IMG/VR virus record: IMGVR_UViG_3300042445_001485
Reading direction: 5' to 3' (one strand)
Origin: a virus
Lineage: Duplodnaviria > Caudoviricetes
Length of the DNA: 64,000 nt
Shown: in pieces, positions 28,583-39,016 of the stretch
Layout of the letters: the number at the start of each line of letters is the position of its first letter
Position numbering within the stretch: position 1 is the first letter of the stretch
Program-made: the position numbers and the translations under genes
Notes under the pieces: model-generated
Database searches by the model: none
Told to the model about the DNA's origin: nothing
What the model saw: only the letters and a program-made list of their open reading frames with translations

Positions 28583-28825
28583 TTATACCCTTAGTTCTGC
28601 CCAAAACTCTTCGCCTTTGCCAGCGATGCCTTGGTAACCACCCGGAACAAGAGTTGTGCCATTGAATATCTGCGGAACACTACGCAGGCCCAAGTCTACC
28701 AGATGTTGTCTTGCATCCGAATCTTCTTCGATGCTGACTGTGGTATATTCTACACCACGACTCTCTAATAGACTTTTAGCCCGATCGCAAAACGGGCAAT
28801 TACTTTTTGAATAAACTGTTATCAT
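28583..28825 (-). CDS. Glutaredoxin
   Basis: CPFC active site, SVPQIF, GGY. Confidence 0.92.
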   Translation of the reverse strand: MITVYSKSNCPFCDRAKSLLESRGVEYTTVSIEEDSDARQHLVDLGLRSVPQIFNGTTLVPGGYQGIAGKGEEFWAELRV

Positions 28826-29952
28826 TATAAACTAAAACCTTTAAATGTGTCGTTGTCGACATCTTGTTTTGTACCACCCACTACATAACTGCTGATTTCA
28901 GTTTCTTGCGGTGCCACTTGTACTTCTGCGCCTGCAATCCATTTAGCAGTCCACGGTAGGGGATTAGATCCGGGCTTCATACCACAATCCAATCCTACTG
29001 CTGTCATACGCTTGCAAGTCAACCAATCAACATACTGTCCCAATAATTGCTCATTGAGTCCAATCATTGATCCGTCCTTAAACAAATATTTAGCCCATGC
29101 TTTTTCCTGTTCTGCGGCCTTTAAAAACATTGCTTCACATTCAGCTTTTGTTTCTTGTTTGAGTTCGGCAAACGCAGGATCATCGCCGGGCAACAATTTG
29201 ATCAACATCTGAGTACTACCCAAGTGGACATTCTCGTCACGGCAGATTAATTTAATAATCTTGGCATTGCCTTCCATCTTCTTGAGCTCAGCAAAGGCCC
29301 AAGAGCAGGCAAACGAAACATAGAAGCGAATACCTTCTAGTGCGTTTACGCTATTGATAGCAAGCCATAGTTTCTTCTTGAGTTGGTATGTGTCAATCAC
29401 TAGTTCTCGGCCGTTAATGACATGTGTGCCTGCGCCCAATAGGTTATAATAACCACCGTACTCAATCACATCATCATAGTATTTGCTAATGTCTTTGGCA
29501 CAATTAACGATGGGCTCAATGTCCATGAGTTCGTCAAAAATTCTACCGGGGTCTGAGTATACATTGCGAATAATGTGAGTATAACTGCGGCTATGGATGG
29601 TTTCATTAAATGCCCAAGTTTGTATCCAGGTCTCTAACTCCGGAATCGAAACAAAGGGTAAGAACGCCAGATTAGGACTGCGTCCTTGTACGCTATCCAA
29701 TAGAATTTGTCTTTTTAAGTTGCTGGTAAAAATATGCTGTTCAAATTCTGTTAACTCTTTGAAGTCTTTGCTGTCACGCATGACATCAACTTCTTCAGGC
29801 CTCCAAAAAAATCCCAACTGCTTGTCAGTTAGTTTGTCAAACTGTCTGTACTTCAGTGTCTCATATCGTTGTAGTGTTACTGACCCACTGGGGTCTAAAA
29901 AGGCCAGGGCCTCAGTATGTTTTTTATTATTGTTAATATTGAATACACTCAT
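28825..29952 (-). CDS. nrdB: Ribonucleotide reductase class Ia beta subunit
   Basis: FFWRPEEVD, LDSVQ, ETIHSRSY, LEGIRFYVSF, RDENVH, VAPQETE. Confidence 0.97.
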   Translation of the reverse strand: MSVFNINNNKKHTEALAFLDPSGSVTLQRYETLKYRQFDKLTDKQLGFFWRPEEVDVMRDSKDFKELTEFEQHIFTSNLKRQILLDSVQGRSPNLAFLPFVSIPELETWIQTWAFNETIHSRSYTHIIRNVYSDPGRIFDELMDIEPIVNCAKDISKYYDDVIEYGGYYNLLGAGTHVINGRELVIDTYQLKKKLWLAINSVNALEGIRFYVSFACSWAFAELKKMEGNAKIIKLICRDENVHLGSTQMLIKLLPGDDPAFAELKQETKAECEAMFLKAAEQEKAWAKYLFKDGSMIGLNEQLLGQYVDWLTCKRMTAVGLDCGMKPGSNPLPWTAKWIAGAEVQVAPQETEISSYVVGGTKQDVDNDTFKGFSL

Positions 29953-29967
29953 ACCACTATGTTATCC

Positions 29968-30663
29968 TTATGTTTTTTCAAATACGATCCTAACAGTACC
30001 ATCAAGTTCATTCATGTACTCCATGGAGTCAAGATCAAATACCAAATACTTACAAGGCAAGTTACTCAGTTGATCTCTAACATAGTCGTCAACTTCATAA
30101 TATGAAGGATCAGGAGTACCAAACAAACCATCTAGTACCTCAGCATCTTCTCTCTGCAACATGGGTGCCAAATCCAGGGCAATATAACCACGACCGCCAG
30201 GGCTAACAATGGATACAAAATTTTCAACTATTTCTTTGACCTGTGACAACGGACTATAATGCAAAGAACAGATACTTATAGCCGACTCGAATTGTCCTTC
30301 GTTGTACATAACAAAATTTTGATCAAAGAAATCATGACTATCGCCATAATAATTTGGATCTCCTTCCACATCAGGGGATATGCCCACAATTTGCGGAACA
30401 TACTTTTTAAACATATTCCAACCACAGCCAATGTCAAAAATGCTGTCGGGGGTTTTTTCTAATATGTACTGCAGGTAGTAAAAACTAGTTACCGTACAAA
30501 TGCGTAGACCAAGGGCTTGTCGTAGTGTAGGGTATATGTTAAAGGGCATGGTGTGTTTGTCCCATATCAGAGTATCAAAATCTTTTTCAAGTTTTTGGAA
30601 CATCTCAGTTTTACTAAACTGTTCTTCAAATTCTTCTTGGTTATATTCGTTTAAATTATGCAT
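29968..30663 (-). CDS. SAM-dependent methyltransferase-like protein between nrdA and nrdB
   Basis: IFDIGCG motif I, FESAISICSLHY, PGG. Confidence 0.6.
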   Translation of the reverse strand: MHNLNEYNQEEFEEQFSKTEMFQKLEKDFDTLIWDKHTMPFNIYPTLRQALGLRICTVTSFYYLQYILEKTPDSIFDIGCGWNMFKKYVPQIVGISPDVEGDPNYYGDSHDFFDQNFVMYNEGQFESAISICSLHYSPLSQVKEIVENFVSIVSPGGRGYIALDLAPMLQREDAEVLDGLFGTPDPSYYEVDDYVRDQLSNLPCKYLVFDLDSMEYMNELDGTVRIVFEKT

Positions 30664-32957
30664 GAGTCACAATCCTCTTGATTTTCAATTGTTTCTGCCA
30701 TAGGGAGAGTTTGTTTTTCACCTATTTTGTCAACATCAATTTCGCCCTGGCCGTCATTGGTGTTAAAATAGTATAATTGCTTAGTTCCATATTTATAGCA
30801 CATGATCAAGTGCTTGAGCATTTCACTCATGGGGATCTTTTCATCATCGTAAAACTTAGGGTTATACGAAGTGTTGGTACTGATACCTTGATCAATATAT
30901 TTTTGCAATACTGCACAAATTTTTAGATATCCTTCTGGACTCTTTTGATCCCACAATAGTTCATATTTGTTTTTCAATTTACGATACTCTGGTACAACCT
31001 GTCGTAATACGCCATGTTTGCTTTGTTTAATGCTTACATAACTTCTAGGTGGTTCTATTCCGTTAGTAGCATTACTTATCTGTGCTGAGGTCTCTGCAGG
31101 CATTAATGCCATCAAAGTGGCATTGCGAATGCCTGTGTTGAGAATTTGCTCACGCAAGGCACGCCACGGCATGCGCTCTTGATGTGGCACTAATTCATCC
31201 ACTTCTTGCTTTCGTGTATCGATTGGCAATAGGCCGTCTGCATACTTTAAATTTTTCCAGGCAAGGCATGGTCCCTGCTCAACGGCAAGATCAGCACTGG
31301 CTTTAATTAAATAATAACTCCAGGCTTCTGCATATTCATCTACTAATGCTAATGCTTTTGGATCACTGTAACTAATATCATGTTTGGCCAAAAAGTAAGC
31401 AAAGTTAATAATACCGTTACCCAGTGGGCGGTATTCTTGTGTTGATAGTTCAGCGGCTCGAACAGGATAATTCTGATAACTGAGTAACGCATCTAATCCA
31501 CGAACACTCAATGTACACATACGCTCAAAATCTCGGGGGGATCGAACATTACCCCAATTTTGTGCGCTGAGTGTACACAATGCAATACGACCATTTTCAT
31601 CCCGAATATCATTGAGTGGTACTGTTGGCAAGTCAATTTCACTGCATAAATTGCTCATCTTAATTGGAGCAATCTTTTCCTTAAATGGGCTGTGTGTGTT
31701 GGCATGATCTACATTTTGCAAATAGATGCGGCCTGTATCTTTACGCTCAGTCATAAACCGGCTAAACAAGTCCGCGGCTCTGAATGTTTTCTTACGCAAT
31801 TTAGTATTACGCTCGGCCTTTTCATATAACTCTTTAAAACGATCTTGATCGTTAAAAAATGCATTATACATTTCCGGAACATCATGCGGACTAAAACAAG
31901 TAATGTCTCCACCTGTTATCAATCGTTCATACATGAGTTTATTAAACTGAACACCATAATCCATTTGACGCACACGATTTTCTTCTGTGCCTTTATTGTT
32001 CTTTAGTACCAACAAGTCTTCAATTTCTAAATGCCATAGTGGATAATAAGCAGTGGCGGCACCATTGCGTACACCACCCTGACTGCAACTGCGAGTTGCG
32101 GCTTGAAATAGTTTTAAGAAGGGAGTAACACCAGTATGGTATGCATCACCGCTACGAATAGGGCTGCCAAGGGCTCTAATACTGCCTGCACCAATTCCGA
32201 TTCCGGCTTTTTGGCTAACATACTTGACAATACTTGCGGCAGTAGCGTTAATGGAATCCAGACTATCATCAGACTCAATAAGAACACAACTGCTGAATTG
32301 TTTTTGCGGTGTTCGTACACCAGCCATAACAGGGGTAGGTAAAGAGATATCAAAAGTACTGATTGCATCATAGTAATCCTTTACCCATTGTAGTCTAGTA
32401 GTTCGGGGATAGGCCATAAACAAGGTTGCGGCTATCATCATATAGGCCACTTGCGGAGTTTCGTAAATCTCATTGGTGACGCGATTTTGTACCAGGTACT
32501 TGCCGCGCCACTGCTCCATTGCCACATAAGTAAATGTTTCATCACGCTCATGCTTGATGTAAGTATCAAGTTGAACTATTTCATCTTCTGTGTAGTTGGC
32601 CAATAACTCCGGTGTATAATAGCCAATATCTGTATTTCTTTTAATCAACCGTAGCAAGGGCCACGGTTTGTAACCACCATAGACCTGTTTGTGTATATGA
32701 TATGTAAGTAACCGTCCGGCTACATATTGATAATTGGGTGTATCTTCAGATATTAAATCTGCCGCACTTTTAATCAGTGTTTCTTGAATGTCGGTACTTT
32801 TGATGCCATTATAAAATTGTATATGGCTTTTGATTTCAACTTCACTGGCGCTAACTCCTGTTATACCTTCTGTGGCCCAGAAAACAACCCGGTGTAGTTT
32901 TTCTAGATCCAGTGGTTCCCGACGACCATCTCGCTTGGTGACTTGTATTTGACTCAT
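30651..32957 (-). CDS. nrdA: Ribonucleotide reductase class Ia alpha subunit with ATP cone
   Basis: VTKRDG ATP cone, PTPVMAG, SSCVL, SNLCSEI, MPAETS, C-terminal CDSC. Confidence 0.98.
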   Translation of the reverse strand: MSQIQVTKRDGRREPLDLEKLHRVVFWATEGITGVSASEVEIKSHIQFYNGIKSTDIQETLIKSAADLISEDTPNYQYVAGRLLTYHIHKQVYGGYKPWPLLRLIKRNTDIGYYTPELLANYTEDEIVQLDTYIKHERDETFTYVAMEQWRGKYLVQNRVTNEIYETPQVAYMMIAATLFMAYPRTTRLQWVKDYYDAISTFDISLPTPVMAGVRTPQKQFSSCVLIESDDSLDSINATAASIVKYVSQKAGIGIGAGSIRALGSPIRSGDAYHTGVTPFLKLFQAATRSCSQGGVRNGAATAYYPLWHLEIEDLLVLKNNKGTEENRVRQMDYGVQFNKLMYERLITGGDITCFSPHDVPEMYNAFFNDQDRFKELYEKAERNTKLRKKTFRAADLFSRFMTERKDTGRIYLQNVDHANTHSPFKEKIAPIKMSNLCSEIDLPTVPLNDIRDENGRIALCTLSAQNWGNVRSPRDFERMCTLSVRGLDALLSYQNYPVRAAELSTQEYRPLGNGIINFAYFLAKHDISYSDPKALALVDEYAEAWSYYLIKASADLAVEQGPCLAWKNLKYADGLLPIDTRKQEVDELVPHQERMPWRALREQILNTGIRNATLMALMPAETSAQISNATNGIEPPRSYVSIKQSKHGVLRQVVPEYRKLKNKYELLWDQKSPEGYLKICAVLQKYIDQGISTNTSYNPKFYDDEKIPMSEMLKHLIMCYKYGTKQLYYFNTNDGQGEIDVDKIGEKQTLPMAETIENQEDCDSCII

Positions 32958-32966
32958 TGATTCCTC

Positions 32967-33407
32967 TCAGTAACTGTCTAATTTTAATTCTGTTGGCCCA
33001 TAACATTTATGGATTATTAATTTGTTAACTTGTGCTTTATTTACTACCGCTTGATCACTCATATTAAGTATATATTTTCCTTGCTCAATCCAAACTAAAT
33101 TATATTGTACTCTGGATTCAGTATCATTATATACTCGTATTTCTACTTCGGGGTTGTGTATTGTAAGTTTTATAGTATACAGCATTCCAAGACTTTTTGC
33201 AAGGTCACACCAATAATTTTCTTCCACTAGTGTCCAAGGATCAGGCCAATTGTGTGGCTTATCTGGATCCAAGTAGTAGGCGTTGTACGGACAAGAACAC
33301 CAAAATTCTGCAACCAAGTCGATTGCTTGGTCGAGAGGCATACCATCAAGAGTTTTTCGAAGTTCACGCCACCGAGACAGTCTCTCGGCAGGATTGAGTT
33401 TCCACAT
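32967..33407 (-). CDS. Hypothetical protein
   Basis: 146-aa ORF in operon. Confidence 0.7.
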   Translation of the reverse strand: MWKLNPAERLSRWRELRKTLDGMPLDQAIDLVAEFWCSCPYNAYYLDPDKPHNWPDPWTLVEENYWCDLAKSLGMLYTIKLTIHNPEVEIRVYNDTESRVQYNLVWIEQGKYILNMSDQAVVNKAQVNKLIIHKCYGPTELKLDSY

Positions 33408-33418
33408 TGGACTATGTT

Positions 33419-34009
33419 TTAATTAAATGAACTAATTCTGTATTGTAAATTACCAGCTGTTGTTGCTGTATAATTTAAACTTGCGGTGGTTGCATTGGCA
33501 TTCATTGTAAACACAACATCTGTGTCTACCGTCTCTGTGTATTCTTCAGTAAAACTGACCGTGCTGGCTGATCGACTTAGAGTAATAGAACCAGTCCTAA
33601 CCGAAGAACCTTGTCCCATGGTATAGTTAATTACTGAATTGTTTGCTGTTATAGTTGTTATAGTGGCTGCAGATGCTCCGGCTAGTAAATTAACAGAAGT
33701 AGATAAAAGCGATCCACTTTCTAGGGTGCTTACGCGAGTTGATAGTGCCGTTACATTGCCGTTAACCAGGACAAGATTACTCTGTAGTGCAATAATGTTG
33801 GCCGTAAATGTTGTCTGAAAATCAATGATACTATACTGAGTTAATATTTCAGTTCGACCAAGGCTTGGTGCGCCTTCTTCGATTGTACCATTACCGATGT
33901 AAAGTTTGCGTGTGTCTACACTCCATCCCAGTTCAGCTGATGCCAAATTGGGTAAATCTGATTCTAAACCGCGTCTGTGTTGAATTCTTGAGATTTGGAT
34001 AACTGCCAC
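33419..34009 (-). CDS. Virion protein with Mtd_N-like N-terminus
   Basis: IQHRRG...LP.L...ELGW..DTRKLYIG.G fibre N-terminal motif; TAAATA box and SD upstream. Confidence 0.65.
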   Translation of the reverse strand: MAVIQISRIQHRRGLESDLPNLASAELGWSVDTRKLYIGNGTIEEGAPSLGRTEILTQYSIIDFQTTFTANIIALQSNLVLVNGNVTALSTRVSTLESGSLLSTSVNLLAGASAATITTITANNSVINYTMGQGSSVRTGSITLSRSASTVSFTEEYTETVDTDVVFTMNANATTASLNYTATTAGNLQYRISSFN

Positions 34010-34029
34010 GATGTATTCCTTTAATTATA

Positions 34030-34710
34030 TTATTTATTGCGCCAAACCCGTTTATCATTAACAATAGTCCAAGTTTTTCCTAGACATCCGTTGTCTTTGA
34101 TTACTTTTCCACGGTTATTTTCATAAGGACCAAGCAAAGGCATATCTGCTCTACGTATACGCCAACCTTTTGTTTGTTTTTGAAATAAATGGCTGTTAGG
34201 GTTGTTAAGGGACGACGGCATTGACTTATCGACCTTATTTAACTCACACCATTTACTGATATTTTGCACATAAGTTTCGGTAGGGTTTGTTGTAGTACTA
34301 ACATACCATCCTTTTGTCCTCTTGAGTGCTTGGGCGTGGTGCATAGATTGTTTTGCAATATCCGATAATGAGTTATACCAGACCTGCCTTCCGGCAAATC
34401 TATCCCCTGCTTTTCTTGCAGAATAATCTATGTATCTACTCAAATCGCCACCTTCGCCACCACTAGCTAGATTGTAGCTTGTTGAGTCGTTTGTGGCATC
34501 TGTAGTTGCTATCCAGAATTTTTCTCTTTCCGATAAATGCTCTTTATTATTACAAGTTTCTAGGATAGTCTTTTCAAAATTTTCTTTCCCGTACTTGCCA
34601 ATGGCATTTTTAATTGCAACGCCAGATCCGTAATAGTAAGGTCGATTTGCCGCATCTTTGCCAATGTACCATTTGCCGTTTAACTTATTAATAACTTTAT
34701 ATATTACCAT
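34030..34710 (-). mobile_element. Free-standing GIY-YIG homing endonuclease (Seg-like)
   Basis: VIYKVINKLNGKWYIG, YYGSG, GKENF, ERE.FWI, YNL..GG.GG; own TAAATA box 5 nt upstream of the ATG at 34710. Confidence 0.8.
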
Positions 34711-34737
34711 ATAGTTATTTATCTGAACGACGGGCAT

Positions 34738-35448
34738 TTAGTTTGTTCGGTAATACTGCTCTACCCTCTTGGTCCACTCGTTGGTCCAGTGATCAAATTC
34801 GTCACCTTCAATAACAAATTCCAAGTATTCCGGCGTGGAATATGTCTGATCTGGCTGTAATCGAGGCTGTACTGCCATCAAAATTATCCCGGTATTGATT
34901 TCAGTGCTGTGTGTGGCATTGTGTGCCTGTGCATAGGCCGCCAACTGTACAAAATAATCATCAATATATTCACGCTTTTTAACTTTGTTGCTTTGTTTAA
35001 AGTCCATGATAGCAGGCCGACCCTTCCACAGACCCACACAGTCTGTAGTGCCGGCATATAACCCACTATAATACACAGGAACTTCATTGCCCCAGAATTC
35101 ATCCACATGACACAATCCGTTTAGTATGACTTCAGCGGCCATGTACCAACTTGCGTGTGCAAATGGATTTGTAGGCAAGGGTTTCATATCATCATTGAGT
35201 ATAAATGATTCAAGATAACTATGCATTCTAGTTCCGCGGTTGGCAGCTTCTGTGGTAATGGCCTGTGCTCTATCATGCCCAATGGCGTCGCGCCATTTTT
35301 GTAGTGCTTGTCTTGACTCTTCGCTTTTGGTTCGATCTAAGATGGTGGTAACACTGGGTACTGCACTACCATCGGGCAAACAGTAGTGTCGTTTGCCATC
35401 AATGGTTGTTCTTGATATTGGAGTATAGTTGTAAGGTGATTTGATCAT
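34738..35448 (-). CDS. PD-(D/E)XK exonuclease (Cas4/RecB-like)
   Basis: PSVTTIL, RGTRMH, YAGTTD, IMDFKQS, QLAAY; start placed 7 nt after a TTGACT-17-TATAAT promoter (35484-35456). Confidence 0.85.
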   Translation of the reverse strand: MIKSPYNYTPISRTTIDGKRHYCLPDGSAVPSVTTILDRTKSEESRQALQKWRDAIGHDRAQAITTEAANRGTRMHSYLESFILNDDMKPLPTNPFAHASWYMAAEVILNGLCHVDEFWGNEVPVYYSGLYAGTTDCVGLWKGRPAIMDFKQSNKVKKREYIDDYFVQLAAYAQAHNATHSTEINTGIILMAVQPRLQPDQTYSTPEYLEFVIEGDEFDHWTNEWTKRVEQYYRTN

Positions 35449-35495
35449 AATTTGTATTATAACATCTACTTCGTACTTAGTCAATAAATATCAGC

Positions 35496-36221
35496 ATGAA
35501 TATACTAATAAGTGGGTGTAGTTTTAGTCAATGGCCCGATCAACCCGGAGGCAAAAATATTTGTTGGCCTGCGTACATACAGGGACATCAAGTCAAAACG
35601 GTGGCCGAGGCAGCCGCGGGCAATCAATATATTTGCGACAGTGTCATACGAGAAGTACTGGAAGAGACGCCAGACATGGTATTGGTCATGTGGAGTGGGG
35701 TCAGCAGACTTGATTACTTAACCAGTTTAGAAGACTCTGCCTGGGACAGTCTGTTTGACAGCTATGGTTTCTACCGCAGGCTCCCCGGTAACAAATTGGG
35801 TTGGATCTTCAGTGGTGGACAAATGGGCACCTGGTTCAAACATCCAGTGGCACATAAAATGTTTTATGAAATGTACAAAGTGTCAAGTGAACTTAGTCTG
35901 GCACATATCAACTTGACAGAAATTGTAAAATTACAAAACTTCTTAAAAGCCAAGAGCATTCCTTATCGTTTCATGAGTTATGTAAACTACTGGGGAACTG
36001 GTGGTAATATTAGCCCCAATGGAGACTTTGGTGTTGATCGGTTTCCTGAGTTGAGATACTTAGTCAACGAGATTGATTTTACCCAATGGATATTTACAAA
36101 TACCAATAAAGATGGCATTTATGAAATGGCAAAAGAAACAAATGATTTTATGCCCGACGGATTCCACCCCGGCACAGCAACACATCAAAGCTGGGCTGAT
36201 TTAATTATGTCTTGTATTTGA
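35496..36221 (+). CDS. SGNH/GDSL-hydrolase-like hypothetical protein
   Basis: ISGCSFS, AGNQYI, DGFHP motifs; TAAATA box 5 nt upstream. Confidence 0.55.
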   Translation: MNILISGCSFSQWPDQPGGKNICWPAYIQGHQVKTVAEAAAGNQYICDSVIREVLEETPDMVLVMWSGVSRLDYLTSLEDSAWDSLFDSYGFYRRLPGNKLGWIFSGGQMGTWFKHPVAHKMFYEMYKVSSELSLAHINLTEIVKLQNFLKAKSIPYRFMSYVNYWGTGGNISPNGDFGVDRFPELRYLVNEIDFTQWIFTNTNKDGIYEMAKETNDFMPDGFHPGTATHQSWADLIMSCI

Positions 36222-37273
36222 TTTGCACCGTACCGTGTCCAATCAGTTTCCATGATGAGTCTGTGGTTATGTTCTAGCACAGGCTTTATCTTTTCAACAA
36301 TTATATCAGGGTCTGTGCTACACAAATATTTAACTTGTTCAAATGCCATTGTGTAGCGTTTTTCGTCATTGATCTCTAGGTCATAACTTTCGTCAATGAC
36401 ATCACTGAAAGTTTGAAAACCATATTGTCTGAGGTTGTGTAAAAAATTATAACCAGTGAATGCCACAAACAATCGTCGTGCTATCAAGGGCTTGGCAGTT
36501 TTTTCACTAAAGAAACTCAGTGTATTGTCATGATCAGTTTCTGCAACAACACTAAAGTAAGTGTCGTTAAACACCTGTATGGGAATAACTCGACTTAATC
36601 CTGTGCGTAATCCACAGTAGTCAACAAAGTCAGCAGTTCCAATAATCTTCCCCACTGGTACACAGTCTGGTTCCCAAGCAAAGTACTGGTCTGCGTAAAA
36701 AGAGTTGTCGTTCCAGGCGCCACCATAAGTCATTACAAACTTATCTTCTAAGTTATTAGACTTGACAGCGTTATACACAAAATCTCTATGTGGCTTTAAC
36801 ACACCCAGCAATGCATCAAACCTGCGTGGTTTAGCTATGTAAGGTTTTATTTCTGCTAGTTTTTGCGGCAAAGTCTTGTATACTTCACTGGTGGTTTTAA
36901 ACCAATCACCCCAATAAACAATGTGACTATTGATGTCTTCTCTATCATTTACTGCTCCTGGTACAACCCAGTACACATTATCACTATGACACAATTCCCA
37001 TATACGCCAATGGAAGTTGTGTAATTCACTTTCAAAAGTAAATACCAATTGGCTATGGCTACTCAATTGGCGTATTTTATCTTCAAAGCCTTGATAAGCA
37101 GTACAGTTACCATCATAGTCGCAATGTAGTCGATGGGTGGTAAAAGCAATCTTCACAGGATCTGTGCTGGCCACATATTCGTCAAAGCTATGACATAATG
37201 TATACGCTTGATTAAATTCAATGTTGGGAAGCCATTCTAAATCAATGATTTCACTGTCACTGTAAACTATCAT
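36185..37273 (-). CDS. Glycosyltransferase-like phage protein
   Basis: VVAET...FFSEKTAKP...GFQTFSDVIDESYD; third paralog in the window. Confidence 0.55.
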   Translation of the reverse strand: MIVYSDSEIIDLEWLPNIEFNQAYTLCHSFDEYVASTDPVKIAFTTHRLHCDYDGNCTAYQGFEDKIRQLSSHSQLVFTFESELHNFHWRIWELCHSDNVYWVVPGAVNDREDINSHIVYWGDWFKTTSEVYKTLPQKLAEIKPYIAKPRRFDALLGVLKPHRDFVYNAVKSNNLEDKFVMTYGGAWNDNSFYADQYFAWEPDCVPVGKIIGTADFVDYCGLRTGLSRVIPIQVFNDTYFSVVAETDHDNTLSFFSEKTAKPLIARRLFVAFTGYNFLHNLRQYGFQTFSDVIDESYDLEINDEKRYTMAFEQVKYLCSTDPDIIVEKIKPVLEHNHRLIMETDWTRYGANQIQDIIKSAQL

Positions 37274-37296
37274 ATTCTAAAACTTTTCCTGTCTTA

Positions 37297-37929
37297 TTAC
37301 TCGTTCATGCGCCATTTGTTTTCTGGTAGGCCGTAGTCCCATTTTGGATCTATTTCAACATTCCATCTAGTAGTGGCAACATTAAAATCTGGTATCTTCA
37401 TTTCTTTGGGATTACTTGCTGGTTCCAATATAACAATACGATTATTTGGCTGTGCGGCAAATTGCCCATTGTCACATTTTATAAAGTTAAAACTTTTATG
37501 ATCCTCAACATCTTCACTGTGCCCACAATCAAGAATGTTAAAATCTGGATGTGAAGAGTCCACTGTAAAAAGATATTCACCTTCCAACCAGGAGCCATCT
37601 TTCATTTTGATTTTACATCTCATATTTGCTATCATTGCTTTTTTAATCACAGTGATATCATAGGACATGCTGTTCCATAATTGTAAAAAATCTAACGGAT
37701 ATGGGTCACCTTCTATAGGTTTCCAACAGTAGGCATGTAGTGGAAGTTTGTCATATAGCGCACCATATTGATTCAAATACGATTCAATTCTAAACGCTTG
37801 GCTTCTTTGAGATTTTATTGTTATCCACCAGCAAGGTTCAAGTTCTCCATGACCTTTTTCAAAGTCGTACAGAAATTCTCTACGAACAAAACATTTTACT
37901 GGTGGTAGATTTGCAACGATATGTGCCAT
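37297..37929 (-). CDS. Conserved phage hypothetical protein
   Basis: 210-aa ORF in the isc operon; GALYDKLPLHA and NGQFAAQPNNR segments. Confidence 0.7.
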   Translation of the reverse strand: MAHIVANLPPVKCFVRREFLYDFEKGHGELEPCWWITIKSQRSQAFRIESYLNQYGALYDKLPLHAYCWKPIEGDPYPLDFLQLWNSMSYDITVIKKAMIANMRCKIKMKDGSWLEGEYLFTVDSSHPDFNILDCGHSEDVEDHKSFNFIKCDNGQFAAQPNNRIVILEPASNPKEMKIPDFNVATTRWNVEIDPKWDYGLPENKWRMNE

Positions 37930-38253
37930 TTATATCCTAAAACTTTCTCCACACCCGCAACGATCGCGTTCGTTTGGATTGGAGAACTCAAAGCCTTCGT
38001 TGAGTCCTTGGCGTACATAGTCCACTGTCATGTTTTGCAGATAAACATTGTCTTTGACATCAACCAATACTACAAAATCATTTTGAGCGTAATTAATAAT
38101 ATAAGGGTCAGGGGTATACTCTTTAACATACTCTAGCACATACGCAAGTCCCGAACAACCTGTAGTTTTTACTCCAAGGCGGATACCAGCATAGCCCTTG
38201 GCTGTGACTAATTTTTGTATTTTGTTTTGTGCTGTGTCACTGAACGAGATCAT
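37930..38253 (-). CDS. iscA: Fe-S cluster assembly A-type carrier IscA
   Basis: RLGVKTTGCSGLAY, F.F.NPN....CGCGESF. Confidence 0.93.
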   Translation of the reverse strand: MISFSDTAQNKIQKLVTAKGYAGIRLGVKTTGCSGLAYVLEYVKEYTPDPYIINYAQNDFVVLVDVKDNVYLQNMTVDYVRQGLNEGFEFSNPNERDRCGCGESFRI

Positions 38254-38990
38254 AGTGTTTTAATAAATCCTGGTAAATCACTTTCCCATACTATCGTTAC
38301 TGTGTAACCAAGTGATTCAAGGTGCTCGACCCTACCTTCGTCCGCTTGCCATTTTTCTTTAGCAGTCATCTTTAATTGAGAATGATAAAAGTCTTCTTTA
38401 AACAAATTTGGGTTGCAATGCCAATAGTCGCCATACACTTCAATGATATGTTTTGTTTCTTCATTTAAGTAATCTGGTTTACATGTTCCTATACGCTTAT
38501 TTGGATAATACCCAGGTAAGAGATTTTCTAATAGTCTTTCTTTTTTGCTTTGCGGAGAAGTTTTAGCAAGGTGTCCAACATTTTCTGTACCGTATCTTTC
38601 AAGATTAGTTTTTTTAACTTTCTCGAAATAACTAGGTTTATGTATCTTTCCTTTAAAATTACCAGGTAGCCCTTTATTCCATGCAACTTGTAATCCCTGT
38701 GTATCTTTATTCCAAGGAGTTCTTCCTTTGCAAGCATTTGACAAGTTTTTAACCCAAGTATCTCTATGCTGTTCTCTAGTAGCATATCGATCGGCATTCC
38801 AAGTTCTAGATTCTGCCATATCTGGATTTCTTTGCCAGTGCAATTTAGCAGAACAAGATTTTGAACAGCACTCTATACCGGAACCCTTTACTAATGTCCC
38901 GCAAATAGGACACGGTTTATGACCTTTTTGGTATCCAGTTTTATTATCTTTTCTCAAAGATATGCCACATCCACATTTACACATATTCAT
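38250..38990 (-). mobile_element. Free-standing homing-type endonuclease (NUMOD3-like repeats + Vsr/DUF559-like nuclease) between iscU and iscA
   Basis: CKCGCG, PWNK/AWNK repeats, KPDY...IEVYGDYWH, LGY.VTIVWE; own TAAATA box. Confidence 0.75.
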
Positions 38991-39016
38991 AACTTTATTT
39001 AGTAAAGTTATTTGTT

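Noticed and set aside
30651-32957. Intein or intron in nrdA
   Set aside because: 768 aa is normal class Ia length and the motifs are contiguous
34738-35448. Cas4-like nuclease as part of a CRISPR system
   Set aside because: No repeat-spacer array or other cas genes seen; fits a stand-alone phage exonuclease
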